A stretch of DNA of 64,000 nucleotides, taken from an uncultured delta proteobacterium. Lineage in GTDB: Bacteria; Desulfobacterota; BSN033; UBA1163. The notes beneath the pieces are model-generated. The model was given only the letters and a program-made list of their open reading frames with translations, did no database searches and was not told where the DNA came from. Each line of letters starts with the position of its first letter. The first letter of the stretch is position 1. The DNA is taken from NCBI GenBank assembly GCA_963708295.1, contig CAVPSJ010000014.1:288001-352000 (forward strand). The letters run 5' to 3'. Position numbers and translations under genes: made by a program. Shown here piece after piece: positions 29,627-39,619 of this stretch.

Positions 29627-29819
29627 AGGTTGCTGAAAAACGCCCATCAGTCCCGGGCTTCAAGGGATTTCCCTCATCCTTCCCCGTGTCAAGTACGGGG
29701 CAGGCTTATTGCAGCACCGTAGGGGACGCATATATGCGTCCCCTACAAAGGATTTTGGATGGCCCCGGTAAACGGGATTTCGAAGACTCAACTTGCATCT
29801 GACCATTTTTGAGCACCCT
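29627..29819. repeat. MITE-like element (same family as 9801) carrying a GTAG-type REP
   Basis: AGGTTGCTGAAAAACGCCC..AACTTGCATCTG..TTTTTGAGCACCCT, with internal GTAGGGGACGCATATATGCGTCCCCTAC (29719-29746). Confidence 0.65.
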
Positions 29820-29943
29820 TAAAAAGATGACTTTTTCAAGATCCCGTTAATCAATCAATAGGTCATTTTTTGGGATTGCTTCGTCGCCCCGCCGGAGCGG
29901 GACACCTCGCAATGACAGCTTTCTCTTGGCCTTCACTATAGTT

Positions 29944-31301
29944 TTACGACGTCTTTTCTCGGGTGACGAATCTTCCCCAGCCCGGCTCTCCGATCACCTT
30001 TCCGTCGCTCATCACCACTTTACCCCGGACCATGGTTAATACGACATCCCCTGCTGTTTCCTTCCCATGATAGGGGGTCCATCCGCATTTAGAAAGGATC
30101 TGGCTGTCCTCCAGGCGCCGTTTGCGCTTCATGTCAACGAAGATCAAATCTGCGTCATTGCCCACGCGCAAAAATCCCTTCTGTTCGACCAGGCCATAGA
30201 TCATGGCAGGTTTCTCACTTCGTACCTCCGCCACTCGAGAGAGTGTCCACTTTCCGGCTGCAACGCCATCCAACAAAATGGCGATCGCTGTCTCCACTCC
30301 GGGGATGCCAAACGGCGCACGCCAGATATCTTTCAGCCCGGCTTCCTTTTCTGAACGGGGATAAGGACAGTGATCGGAGTTGACCATGTCGATCAGGCCC
30401 TGGGCGAGGCATTGCTCCATCTTCTCCACTTCGTCCTTTTTGCGCGGCGGCGGAGTGAACTTGGCAAACGGTCCTTTTGACTTCAGATCCTCCTCGGTTA
30501 AGCAGAGGTACTGAGGGCACGTCTCCGTATAGACGGAGACTCCTTGAGCCCTTGCTGCGGCCTGGGCAAGAACGAGAAGAGGAAGGCTGGTGTGAGCCAC
30601 TGCAACCCGGGCCCCTGTCTTCTTTGCGGCATAGATCAGGGTCCGGACCGCAGATTTCCTCTGCTTCGGGCGACCGCCACTCCGAAACGATCAAAGGATC
30701 CTTCCGGCCCTCTCTCCGCAGCCGCTCTTCTGCCTTCTTGAGGAGGGAATCATCTTCGCAATGGAAGAGAGCGATGCCGTCGAATTTCCGGATCTCCGTT
30801 AGAATCTCCATCAGGTTGCCGATGCTGAGGGCTTCGGCCTCATGCAGCTCACACGTGAATCCCTTGAAGCCTAAAGCCCCTTCCTCCCACAGGCCCTTCA
30901 GATTTCCAAGATTGGTCAGGCTCAAACCGCCCAACAACCCAAAATCGACGACGGAACGGGTCTTCAGGTATTCCCTCTTTTCCAAGAGCTCCTTTGCGCC
31001 GAAGACCTGGGGCTTTGTGCGGTGGTGATCGATGACCGTGGTGACTCCTCCTCTGGCGGCTGCGCTGGTTCCTGTTGATGAAATCCTCCCGGTCGGTGTA
31101 GCCCGGGTCCATCATGTGGACATGTCCGTCGATCGCTCCGGGAAGGACATAGAGACCCTTGGCATCGATCAGTTCCCGAGGGTGGTTCTCCAGGGATCGG
31201 GTGATCCCGACGATCTTTCCTTCTTTGATATAGAGAACACCCGGCCGGATAATTTTAGAATCGACCAGAAGACCATTGGTGATCGCAAGATCCGCATTCA
31301 T
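29944..31301 (-). CDS. Cyclic amidohydrolase (allantoinase/dihydroorotase family), two apparent 1-nt frameshifts
   Basis: PGAIDGHVH, AAARGGVTT, GFK, HCED, ETCPQYL, K..PP.R, SDHCP, PFGIPG, GWTPY across three ORF pieces; joins restored by removing one A near 31076 and one near 30656. Confidence 0.88.
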
Positions 31302-31435
31302 AGAACAACCTCCAGAATATCTTCCCTCATCTCGGGAGAAGCGAGGAATGTGAAATTTTATTAAAATTGCACCTAAAAAACCCCATCTTGTGGGCGAGGA
31401 CGAAAGGTGCGTTTGCTGAAGGCAAAAAAACAAAC

Positions 31436-31516
31436 CAGATGCTGAAACAAGTTCAGCATGACATGACGGTTTGGCTCTGTTCTTTTTGTCATCCCGAACT
31501 TGTTTCGGGAATCTCT
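31436..31516. repeat. GTCA-type REP doublet
   Basis: AGATGCTGAAACAAGTTCAGCATGAC and inverted GTCATCCCGAACTTGTTTCGGGAATCT. Confidence 0.6.
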
Positions 31517-31569
31517 ATTTTGGGTTCAAAAATTCAGGTGTTAACGTCCCGCCCTGTGGGCGGGGTTAT

Positions 31570-32418
31570 TTACTTCCTTACGTGCGACTCGAAAGAGGTC
31601 CTCACGATGGGAGGAACCTTTGGGACCTTGATCCCCAATCTTTCGAGAGCCAGCAGGCTCAACTCCTCTGGGGATGTCTCAGGAGCCATCATTCTCGAAA
31701 GTTCGCCTACGATCCGATCGATTCGCTCGATATAGCGAATCCCTTCTTCCATTGTGGTTGAAATTTGGCTTCCGGTGATAGGCTCATGCCATGACGATAA
31801 GAGATACTTTACCCCGGATAGCTTCTGCAATTTCTGAATGGATTTTATCGATGTTTGGGGATCTATATAGACCGGAACAGTTCCAACAGAAGGGATTGCG
31901 TCTCCTGAAAAAAGAACCCCCTCCTTCTCGAAGAGGAAGGACAGAGCGCCCTTGGCGTGTCCGGGTGTTTCAAGAACCCTGAGGTCCTTTCCCTTTTCCC
32001 AAGAGATGGTCTCTCCATCCTTCAAATCCAGATCCACAGGAACCGAGCCTTCGACGAGCTCAAAGAAGTTGAGGATGGGCCTCTCACGGTACTGTCTCTC
32101 CACATCCTCTATCCATGGCTTCTCGGCAGAGTGAGCCCCGAAGGAGGCCGGGGAGATTTTTTTTATGGCCAGACATCCACCGATATGATCCGGGTGAGCG
32201 TGGGTTAGGAGGACCAGAGAAATTTCATCCGGAGATCGGCCTATTTCTTTCAAGTAACCCTGGAGAAGGAGGCTTGTCGAAGAAACCCCGGTATCGATGA
32301 GGCAGATCTTATCTCCTATCAGGAGGTAGGAATAAACCGATCGGTCCGCATATTGGCCTTCACCAAGAGCCAATCGAAAAGGATGTTTAAATGCATGGAT
32401 CGTTTCCGTAATCCTCAT
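31570..32418 (-). CDS. Metallo-beta-lactamase fold hydrolase
   Basis: LIDTG, THAHPDHIGG, TPGH, FSGD, SWH. Confidence 0.9.
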   Translation of the reverse strand: MRITETIHAFKHPFRLALGEGQYADRSVYSYLLIGDKICLIDTGVSSTSLLLQGYLKEIGRSPDEISLVLLTHAHPDHIGGCLAIKKISPASFGAHSAEKPWIEDVERQYRERPILNFFELVEGSVPVDLDLKDGETISWEKGKDLRVLETPGHAKGALSFLFEKEGVLFSGDAIPSVGTVPVYIDPQTSIKSIQKLQKLSGVKYLLSSWHEPITGSQISTTMEEGIRYIERIDRIVGELSRMMAPETSPEELSLLALERLGIKVPKVPPIVRTSFESHVRK

Positions 32419-33677
32419 TCTCGGTCCTTCTTCTTGCTGAGCATTGCCTCCAGCTCGCGAACGGCCCTCTCTGCAAAGTCTGGCTCGTTGACGTGCATGG
32501 AGAGTTCATGATAGCGAATTCTTGAGTAGTCAATATTTTCTTTGAGGGCCTGATAGAATGCCTGGTCAGACTCCGGCCAGAACCATGACCTGGGTGCCGG
32601 GCCTCCTTGAAGGTTAATCGCCTTCGGCCCGCGGGGGCTGTCATAGGCAGAAAAGCCCCGGGCAGGAATGAGAACGACGGTCTGGCCCCTGGCCTGATTG
32701 ATCTTTTTTGCGAAGAGCCGTCCGAGAGAAGCGCTTTCTTCCGGATTGGTCCGCATCAGGGTGATATGAGGTGTATGGCGATAAAAGACCCGATCCTTCC
32801 ATTTTTGAGGAACCGTCTCAGGGGTTTTGAAATTGATGAGGTCGATCGCGCCCGGAACGATCACCTGAGGGATGCCCACGTTTCCGGCAGCCTCCATCCG
32901 ATGGGGGCCTGCACTCAGGACGCCTCCGACGACTTCGTCGGCGAGTTCCGTGGTGGAGATGTCGAGAACGGCATCGATCTCTCCCTGTTTTACCAGATCC
33001 TCCAGGGCCATGCCGCCGGTGCCTGAGGTGTGGAAGAGGATCACCTCAAATCCCTTTTCCTCCAGGAGTTCCTTCGCGTGCTCCGCGCAAGGCTGGACGA
33101 CTCCGAAGACTGTCACCGCCACCTGGATTCTTCTCTCCCCCTCATGAAGATTTTCCCCTTTCAACATTCCCGCGATCGCTCGAACGGCGTTTAGAAAAAT
33201 CCTCTTCGTCACCCGGTTGATCGAGATATCCCCCACGGGGTTAAACATCACAATGTCTTTGTATCCGACATAGCCCCGCACATCTCCTGAAGCCATGGTA
33301 GACACCATGATCTTGGGCATCCCAATCGGGAATTGCTGCATGACGGCGCAGGCGATCGCACTCCCGTTCGACCCTCCGAGGGCCATGATGCCGTCAAACT
33401 TGCCCTGTCGGAAAAGCTCCTCAGAAAGTTTGATCGCGCCATCGGTCATCACCTTCTGGGCAGGCACCCGCTCCAGTTGACTGACCGAGGCGAAATCCGC
33501 GTTTGCGGCTTGAGCCACTTCGTGGCATGGGATATCCGAGGAAAATTCTGAGGGAGACCGCTTACAGCTTACATCCATGAGAAGAGGGTGGACCCCCTCC
33601 TCCTCAAGTTTCTCCCGGAGATACTGATATTCTTTCCCCTTCGTATCGAAGGTTCCTATGAGAAGTACCGTCTTCAT
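32415..33677 (-). CDS. Tm-1-like ATP-binding domain protein (UPF0261)
   Basis: IGTFDTKG.E, GGSNGS, P.GMPKIMVSTMASG, FHTSGTGG.A.E, D..TTELAD, TLMRT, HVNEP.FA. Confidence 0.92.
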   Translation of the reverse strand: MKTVLLIGTFDTKGKEYQYLREKLEEEGVHPLLMDVSCKRSPSEFSSDIPCHEVAQAANADFASVSQLERVPAQKVMTDGAIKLSEELFRQGKFDGIMALGGSNGSAIACAVMQQFPIGMPKIMVSTMASGDVRGYVGYKDIVMFNPVGDISINRVTKRIFLNAVRAIAGMLKGENLHEGERRIQVAVTVFGVVQPCAEHAKELLEEKGFEVILFHTSGTGGMALEDLVKQGEIDAVLDISTTELADEVVGGVLSAGPHRMEAAGNVGIPQVIVPGAIDLINFKTPETVPQKWKDRVFYRHTPHITLMRTNPEESASLGRLFAKKINQARGQTVVLIPARGFSAYDSPRGPKAINLQGGPAPRSWFWPESDQAFYQALKENIDYSRIRYHELSMHVNEPDFAERAVRELEAMLSKKKDRE

Positions 33678-33711
33678 CGCGGCATTCGATAAAATGGAAG
33701 GTAGGGTAGGT

Positions 33712-34407
33712 TCACACTCCTAAATAATGTTCTTTGGTCTTACGATCTTCCCAGAGTTCTTTGGGCGTTGAAGAGTGGACAATTTTCCCCTTGCTCATCA
33801 CGTGGGTATAGTCTGCGAATTTGATGGCAAAGGAGAGGTTCTGTTCAACAAGAAAGATGGACAACCCTTCCTCTTTGAGCCGTCGGATGGCGTCCCCGAC
33901 TTCTCGGACCAGAACCGGCGCCAATCCCTCTGTAGGTTCATCCATGAGTAGAAAGACGGGGTTGGATATCAATGCCCTGGCGATGGCCAACATCTGTTGT
34001 TCCCCGCCGCTCAGTTCGTTCCCCCGGTGGTGCCCCCTTTCCTTGAGACGGGGAAAAAGAGCGAAGACCTTCTCGAAATTCCATGCCTGGCTGCCAGCAC
34101 CCCGTGAGGCAATCGCCAGGTTTTCTTTCACCGTCAATGACGGGAAGATCCGCCGGCCTTGAGGAACGAGGCCTATCTGCATGCGGACGATCTTGTAAGC
34201 AGCCACGTGAGCGATGTCCTTCCCATTGAACAGGATTTGACCTCGCCGGGGCGGGGTGAATCCGACGATGGATCGAATCAGGGTTGTCTTCCCCACTCCA
34301 TTTCGCCCCAGTAGGGCGACAACCGTTTCTTTCCCGACCTCCAGACTAACCCCCTGGAGGACATAACTATCGCCGTAATAAGTATGAATATCCACAATCT
34401 TGAGCAT
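33712..34407 (-). CDS. Liv-type ABC transporter ATPase (LivF-like)
   Basis: GRNGVGKTT, VPQGRRIF, LSGGEQQML, DEPTEGL. Confidence 0.93.
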   Translation of the reverse strand: MLKIVDIHTYYGDSYVLQGVSLEVGKETVVALLGRNGVGKTTLIRSIVGFTPPRRGQILFNGKDIAHVAAYKIVRMQIGLVPQGRRIFPSLTVKENLAIASRGAGSQAWNFEKVFALFPRLKERGHHRGNELSGGEQQMLAIARALISNPVFLLMDEPTEGLAPVLVREVGDAIRRLKEEGLSIFLVEQNLSFAIKFADYTHVMSKGKIVHSSTPKELWEDRKTKEHYLGV

Positions 34408-34411
34408 AAAA

Positions 34412-35230
34412 CTACTCCGAGCCCAAATAGATCTCCTGCACGGTCGGATTATTCTTGATCGCTTCCTTTGTGCCTTCGGCAAGAAATTTTCCCTGGTAGA
34501 GGACGGTGATCCGTTCGGCGAACTCGAAGGCCACGTCCATATCGTGTTCGATCAGCAGGATCGTAATGGACGGATCGAGTTTCTTGAGCAAGAGGGTTAA
34601 GGCATGGGTTTCAGCGGAGGAGAGCCCGGCCGCGGGTTCGTCCAGGAGGAGAAGGCGAGGCTTTTCGGCAAGAGCCAGAGACACTTCGATCTGTCTTTGA
34701 TCTCCGTGAGAAAGGTTCTTGACCAATTCGTTTCGCTTCTCCCATAAATCAAACTCTTTCAAAAGGTCGTTGCACCGATCCATGAGGCGATGATAGGAAG
34801 AAAGCGGTCGGAACATCACAAATTTCGTCCGAACCAGAGCCTGGCAGGCCATGAGAATATTGTCCAATACGGTTAGGTTCGGAAAGAGATTGGTGACCTG
34901 ATAGGTTCTTGCGATTCCCAGAGCTGCACGACGGTAGGAAGGTAACCTGGTAACATCCTTCTCAAAATAGAGGATCCGTCCCCCACTTGAAGGATAGACA
35001 CCGCTGATAAGATTAAAGAGGGTCGTTTTCCCGGCGCCATTCGGCCCCATCAGGACTCGCCTCTCTCCCGGTTCAATCCTCAAATTGACTCCGTCCACAG
35101 CTCGAAGGCCGCCGAAGTCCTTTGTGAGATCCTCAACGAGCAGGCAGGGAGTCCCGTCCTTCGCAGATAGAACACACTCCCTTCCGTTTTCTGTCTGAAC
35201 GACTGCCATGAATTTTGACTCTTCGTCCAT
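34412..35230 (-). CDS. Liv-type ABC transporter ATPase (LivG-like)
   Basis: FGGLRAV, GPNGAGKTT, LSHGDQR, LDEPAAG, IEHDM, YLG. Confidence 0.93.
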   Translation of the reverse strand: MDEESKFMAVVQTENGRECVLSAKDGTPCLLVEDLTKDFGGLRAVDGVNLRIEPGERRVLMGPNGAGKTTLFNLISGVYPSSGGRILYFEKDVTRLPSYRRAALGIARTYQVTNLFPNLTVLDNILMACQALVRTKFVMFRPLSSYHRLMDRCNDLLKEFDLWEKRNELVKNLSHGDQRQIEVSLALAEKPRLLLLDEPAAGLSSAETHALTLLLKKLDPSITILLIEHDMDVAFEFAERITVLYQGKFLAEGTKEAIKNNPTVQEIYLGSE

Positions 35231-35337
35231 TTCTCGGTTATTCCACGTTGAAGGCCTGTCTACTCCTCCGACATTTCTCAGAGAGAATGGAGGGCTTTAC
35301 TTTCTCCTATCTTTGGGAGTGATGACTCTACCTAACC

Positions 35338-35436
35338 ATTCCCCCTCCCTTGGCGGGAGGGGATGAAGGGGAGGGGGCTGAGATTTCTTATGTCCGCCCT
35401 CACCCTGCTAACCCTCCCCCGTCAAGGGGGAGGGTG
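35338..35436. repeat. REP-like palindrome doublet
   Basis: CCCCTCCCTTGGCGGGAGGGG..GGGAGGGGG and CCCTCACCC..CCCTCCCCCGTCAAGGGGGAGGG. Confidence 0.6.
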
Positions 35437-35463
35437 CATTGAGTGAATTCCAAATATCTTTGG

Positions 35464-36708
35464 TTACGGTTTCAGCGGAGGATATTCACGCGAATAGACA
35501 GGCTGCTTCAAAAACTCCTCGGGTTTGTACTTCCAGAACTGCGAAACGTTGGGATAAGTATAGATTACCTTGTTCTGAAGCTCTCCTCCTACCCTTTCCA
35601 CCTTTCGGATGTACACGCTTTGAATCGGATTCCCATAAGCGTCCAATTTAAATGCCCCACGAGGAACATCCTTGAGCTCTACCTTTCTCAGAGCCTCCAT
35701 GAACTTGGGCCTATTCTCGACATCGCCATTAACGGCCTTGATCGCTTCCACAATCCATTTGGCTCCCGTATAGGTTCCCTCCGAATAGTAGGAAGCAGCC
35801 TTCTTGGCCTTTTCGCGGTAAGCCTTCACGAATTTTTTGTTGGCCGGATTATCCAAAGCCTCGCTGTAATGCAGGGCGGTGATAACACCGATCGCTTCAT
35901 CCCCCATCTGAGGAAGGGCATGCTCGTCGGTGGTCGTCCCTCCTCCAATCAATGGGATTTTTCCCTTCAGGCCAAATTCCTGATATTGCTTAACGAGCTG
36001 GAGTGTTGTGCGACCCGTAAACATAGCATAAACCCCATCCGCCTCCTTTGAAATCTGCGACAGGTAGGGGCTGAAGTCCTGAACCGTCAAAGGAGTCCAG
36101 ATCTTCTGAACAATCTTCCCTCCTGCTTCTTCAAAGGTCTTCTGGAACCCCCCCACATTCTCCCATCCGAAGGCATAGTCAAGGGCTATCACTGCGATCT
36201 TCCTGAACTTGAGGGTATTATAGACATACTCCCCGAAGGGGTGGTTTGGCTGGCTGCTGTTCCATCCCGTGCGGACAATCCATTTGGCTCGCTGCCGCTG
36301 GGTCAAATCATCCGGAGCCATGATCGGATAGGTCATCGGAATCTCCTTGGAGTCAATGTAGGGCATGAGGGCATAACCGGTGGAAGCCATCAACCCCCCA
36401 GACATGACATGGACCCCATCCTTCTCAACCAATTTTCTCGTCTTCGTGAGGCCCGTCGCCGGAACAGCCTCATCGTCCTCAACGATGAGCTCAATCTTGC
36501 GGCCCGCTGCCTGGTATCCGATCTCTTCAAGGGCGAGTTCGATCCCCGCCAGCATGTCCTTTCCATTGGCTGCCATCCCGCCGGAAAGAGGCGAGATGAA
36601 GCCAATCTTGATCGGGCCTTTGGCCTGTGCCCACGAGGTGACGGGGTTAAATGCGATTAAACTAACTATAGCCACAACACAAAATACCAAAACGAAAACC
36701 TTTTTCAT
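35464..36708 (-). CDS. Liv-type ABC substrate-binding protein (copy 2)
   Basis: Signal peptide ending SWAQ; IKIGFISPLSG, GRKIEL..EDD, DYAFGWE, P..VQDFSPY. Confidence 0.92.
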   Translation of the reverse strand: MKKVFVLVFCVVAIVSLIAFNPVTSWAQAKGPIKIGFISPLSGGMAANGKDMLAGIELALEEIGYQAAGRKIELIVEDDEAVPATGLTKTRKLVEKDGVHVMSGGLMASTGYALMPYIDSKEIPMTYPIMAPDDLTQRQRAKWIVRTGWNSSQPNHPFGEYVYNTLKFRKIAVIALDYAFGWENVGGFQKTFEEAGGKIVQKIWTPLTVQDFSPYLSQISKEADGVYAMFTGRTTLQLVKQYQEFGLKGKIPLIGGGTTTDEHALPQMGDEAIGVITALHYSEALDNPANKKFVKAYREKAKKAASYYSEGTYTGAKWIVEAIKAVNGDVENRPKFMEALRKVELKDVPRGAFKLDAYGNPIQSVYIRKVERVGGELQNKVIYTYPNVSQFWKYKPEEFLKQPVYSREYPPLKP

Positions 36709-36802
36709 AAATTCCTCCCTTCTTTTTGATCAGATGATATTACGTAAAAAGTAGCTTCCAAATCCCCCCATCCCCCCTTTGCTAAAGGGGGGTAAAGGGG
36801 GA

Positions 36803-37660
36803 TTACCGTTTTTTTTCGGGAAGCTGAATGTTTTTGAAGCCCCTGACCGCTTCGGTAATCGATTTCTCAACAGGAATTCGTTCGGCCGTTGATCCTCCCA
36901 CGTACCCGTCTAGCCCCTTCACCTTAGATAAGAGATAGTTTATGTCCTGAGGGGTCTCCGCTGCCCCTCCGTGGCAGGTTACAATCGTCTCGGGTTTTTT
37001 CTTCTTCACTCTGTCGATGATCGCCTGGATGAGGTTTGACATGTCATCCAGGGAGGTCACGGTCTTGGATCCGATAGAGCCTCCGCTGGTGTTTCCCCCG
37101 TGAGCAATGATGTTATCGCATCCCGCTTCCAGCATTTTCTGCGCTTCTTCCGGCGTGGTGCAAAAGGCCTTTGTATAGAGCCCTTTTCGATGGGCGATTC
37201 CGATCATTTCGACCTCTTTATGATACGTCACCCCTGTTTCCTCCAGGGTCCTTCGGAAATTCCCGTCGATCAACGCCAGGGTCGGACAATTCAGGATTCC
37301 TGAAAAGCCGGCGGCGATGATCTCATCCAAGAAGGCGTCCATGTTTCGCGTGGGATCGGCCCCCAGAAGGCCCGCCAAGACCGGGGTATTCTTAATCACG
37401 GGGATGATGTCCCTTTTTCCCAGCTCGAGCGTGACGGCATTGGCATCTGCAATCGACAAATAACCTGCCATGGAAGAGAGACCTGCCATCCGGAACCTTG
37501 CCAGGATGTGGGTGGTAATCATATCGGCACCGCCTGCCTCGGCAAATTTGGCAGAGATTCCCGTGCCGGCAAAGGCATCGAAAAGGGCGTGGCCCTTCTC
37601 AACCTCGGCCTTGAATCTGTCGATGATCTCCTGTCTCGTAAACTTCTTTACCATATCCAT
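36803..37660 (-). CDS. PEP-hydrolase-like TIM-barrel protein (Tm-1 partner)
   Basis: AGTGISAKFAEAGGAD, RFRMAG.SS.AG....DAN, TPVLAG..G.DP, GFSG..N.PT..LIDG.FR..LEETG, CHGG, GST.ERIPVE. Confidence 0.92.
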   Translation of the reverse strand: MDMVKKFTRQEIIDRFKAEVEKGHALFDAFAGTGISAKFAEAGGADMITTHILARFRMAGLSSMAGYLSIADANAVTLELGKRDIIPVIKNTPVLAGLLGADPTRNMDAFLDEIIAAGFSGILNCPTLALIDGNFRRTLEETGVTYHKEVEMIGIAHRKGLYTKAFCTTPEEAQKMLEAGCDNIIAHGGNTSGGSIGSKTVTSLDDMSNLIQAIIDRVKKKKPETIVTCHGGAAETPQDINYLLSKVKGLDGYVGGSTAERIPVEKSITEAVRGFKNIQLPEKKR

Positions 37661-37667
37661 TCCTTTC

Positions 37668-38645
37668 TCAGCCTGTCTCTTCCGCCTGGGGTCTCTTCCG
37701 GCCCCCTTTGAGCCAATCTTTGAGAAGGTTCATGAGTCCCTGAGGGGCATAGAGGATGGTGAGGATATAGATCGTTCCCAGGATGAGAAGCCAGCGCTGC
37801 GTATAGGCACTGATAAAGTTCTTGAGGAAAACAATGATACCCGCACCCAGGGCCGGCCCGATCAGGGTTCCCGGGCCACCCAGGATGACCATCAGGATAA
37901 TTTCGATCGATGCGGTCAGATCCATGTTGTAGGGACTGATGAAACCATCGAAATAAGCCCAGAGGGCTCCTGCAACGCCTCCGAAGGCCGATGCAGAAAC
38001 ATAGCTCAAGTACTTATGGAGCCAGGTATGATAACCCAGAACGCGCATGCGGGATTCACTCTCCCGAACCCCCTTGAGGCTGTGACCGAAAGGAGACCGG
38101 ACGTAAATCGCCATCAGGAAGAGGCAGACCAGAAAGAAAACGAGAATGAAATAATAGAATGTGAGAGGGTCCTTCAAGGAGATCGGCAAGCCCAGATCCG
38201 GCCTGGGAATTCCGGAGATGCCGTTGTCACCGCCGGTCATATTGACCCAGCGGAAGGCAAGGCCCCAGAGGGTCATCCCCAGCGCCAGCGTGATAATCAA
38301 AAAATAGACGCCCGTCGCATGGGCCACGAGGAATCCGAAGATCATACTGATCACTGTTGCCACGACTACCCCGCTGACAAAGCAGGTTAGAAACCCCATC
38401 TTATACCGGGTTGCAAGAACAGCAACCACATACGCCGAAGATCCAAAAAAGCCTGCATGACCGAAGGAGGACAGCCCCGTGTATCCTATCAGGATGTCCA
38501 GACTCATGGCCAGGATGCCATAGATGAGCATCTGAGTGAAGAGTGTGATCCAATAAGAGGTATAAAACGGCGGCATGACCACCAGGATGAAAAAAGCAAG
38601 GATGAGACCGATGATTTTGGTTTTTGAGGCCAGAGAATCTTTCAT
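37668..38645 (-). CDS. Liv-type ABC permease (LivM-like)
   Basis: LAMSLDILIGYTGLSSFGHAGFFG, YFLIITLA, TGGDNG, ILGGPGT..GP. Confidence 0.92.
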   Translation of the reverse strand: MKDSLASKTKIIGLILAFFILVVMPPFYTSYWITLFTQMLIYGILAMSLDILIGYTGLSSFGHAGFFGSSAYVVAVLATRYKMGFLTCFVSGVVVATVISMIFGFLVAHATGVYFLIITLALGMTLWGLAFRWVNMTGGDNGISGIPRPDLGLPISLKDPLTFYYFILVFFLVCLFLMAIYVRSPFGHSLKGVRESESRMRVLGYHTWLHKYLSYVSASAFGGVAGALWAYFDGFISPYNMDLTASIEIILMVILGGPGTLIGPALGAGIIVFLKNFISAYTQRWLLILGTIYILTILYAPQGLMNLLKDWLKGGRKRPQAEETG

Positions 38646-38649
38646 CTTT

Positions 38650-39507
38650 CTATTCTTTCCCGAATAGCCCGGTGGGCTTGAAAGCCACGATAAGAGCCAT
38701 GGGAGCAAACAACGTGAAATAGGAGAGTTCGGGGACAAGGGCCTTCCCGAAGTTGTCGATCAGGCCGACCAGGATGCTCCCCACTGCGGAACCTTTTAGG
38801 CTTCCCCTCCCGCCTACGATCACGACGACGAAGCCCAAAGAAAGGAGCTCGAAATCCAACCCCGGATACACTCCGAAGATGGGGCCACCGATGACCCCAC
38901 CGAAGGCAGCCAAAAAGGCCCCTAAACCAAACATGCATCCCGAGATCAGAGGAACGTTGAGACCCACTCCGCTCGCCATTTCGTGATCATCCACTGCCGC
39001 CCGCAACTTGGCCCCAACGAGCGTTTTATCGTTGAAGAGCCATAGGGCGATGGCGACGAGAGCAGCCACGACGATAACGAAGAGGCGATAGACCGGAAAT
39101 ACGACTTGATAGATTTGCGTGGATCCTCTCAAGAATTCAGGGGAAGGAAGCGTGTAGGGGTCCCCTCCCCAGATCAAAAGTGCCAGGTCACGAAACACCA
39201 GGGCAAATCCCAGGGTGATCATCATTTGCGGGAGCGCCTTCAAAGGAAACTTTCTCAAGAACCCCCGCTCCATGATCAAACCGACCACCCCGACGACCAG
39301 GCCTCCGGCAAAGGCCCCGAGAATGAAGCTCTTTGTGCGCAAGATCACGGAAAGACCGACATAAGCCCCCAGCATAAAATACGATCCATGGGCGATATTG
39401 ACAATCTTCATCACCCCATAGATGAGAGAGAGCCCGCTGGCCAGCAAAAAGAGAAGGGCTCCGAAGGAAAGCCCGTTGAGTGTTTGAACCAATAAAAATT
39501 GACTCAA
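38650..39507 (-). CDS. Liv-type ABC permease (LivH-like)
   Basis: NGLSFG...FLLASGLSLIYG....VNIAHG, VVVIVGG.GS, FKPTGLFG; TTG start chosen after a GGGAG RBS. Confidence 0.92.
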   Translation of the reverse strand: MSQFLLVQTLNGLSFGALLFLLASGLSLIYGVMKIVNIAHGSYFMLGAYVGLSVILRTKSFILGAFAGGLVVGVVGLIMERGFLRKFPLKALPQMMITLGFALVFRDLALLIWGGDPYTLPSPEFLRGSTQIYQVVFPVYRLFVIVVAALVAIALWLFNDKTLVGAKLRAAVDDHEMASGVGLNVPLISGCMFGLGAFLAAFGGVIGGPIFGVYPGLDFELLSLGFVVVIVGGRGSLKGSAVGSILVGLIDNFGKALVPELSYFTLFAPMALIVAFKPTGLFGKE

Positions 39508-39524
39508 GATAAGTTCTCCCGCGA

Positions 39525-39562
39525 GCGGGTGCAAAATAGGAATGTCCCTATTTTGCACCCGC
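39525..39562. terminator. Strong hairpin after the first binding-protein gene (partial terminator or mRNA stabiliser)
   Basis: GCGGGTGCAAAATAGG-loop-CCTATTTTGCACCCGC. Confidence 0.55.
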
Positions 39563-39619
39563 CATGTTCAAAATCATTACTTGCTCTGTCTTTTCCATTC
39601 TGCCCTCGTTGCAAGAGCT

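Noticed and set aside
29944-31301. Programmed frameshifting or true pseudogene status of the amidohydrolase
   Set aside because: No slippery heptamer, and the same 1-nt insertion pattern occurs in unrelated genes across the window.
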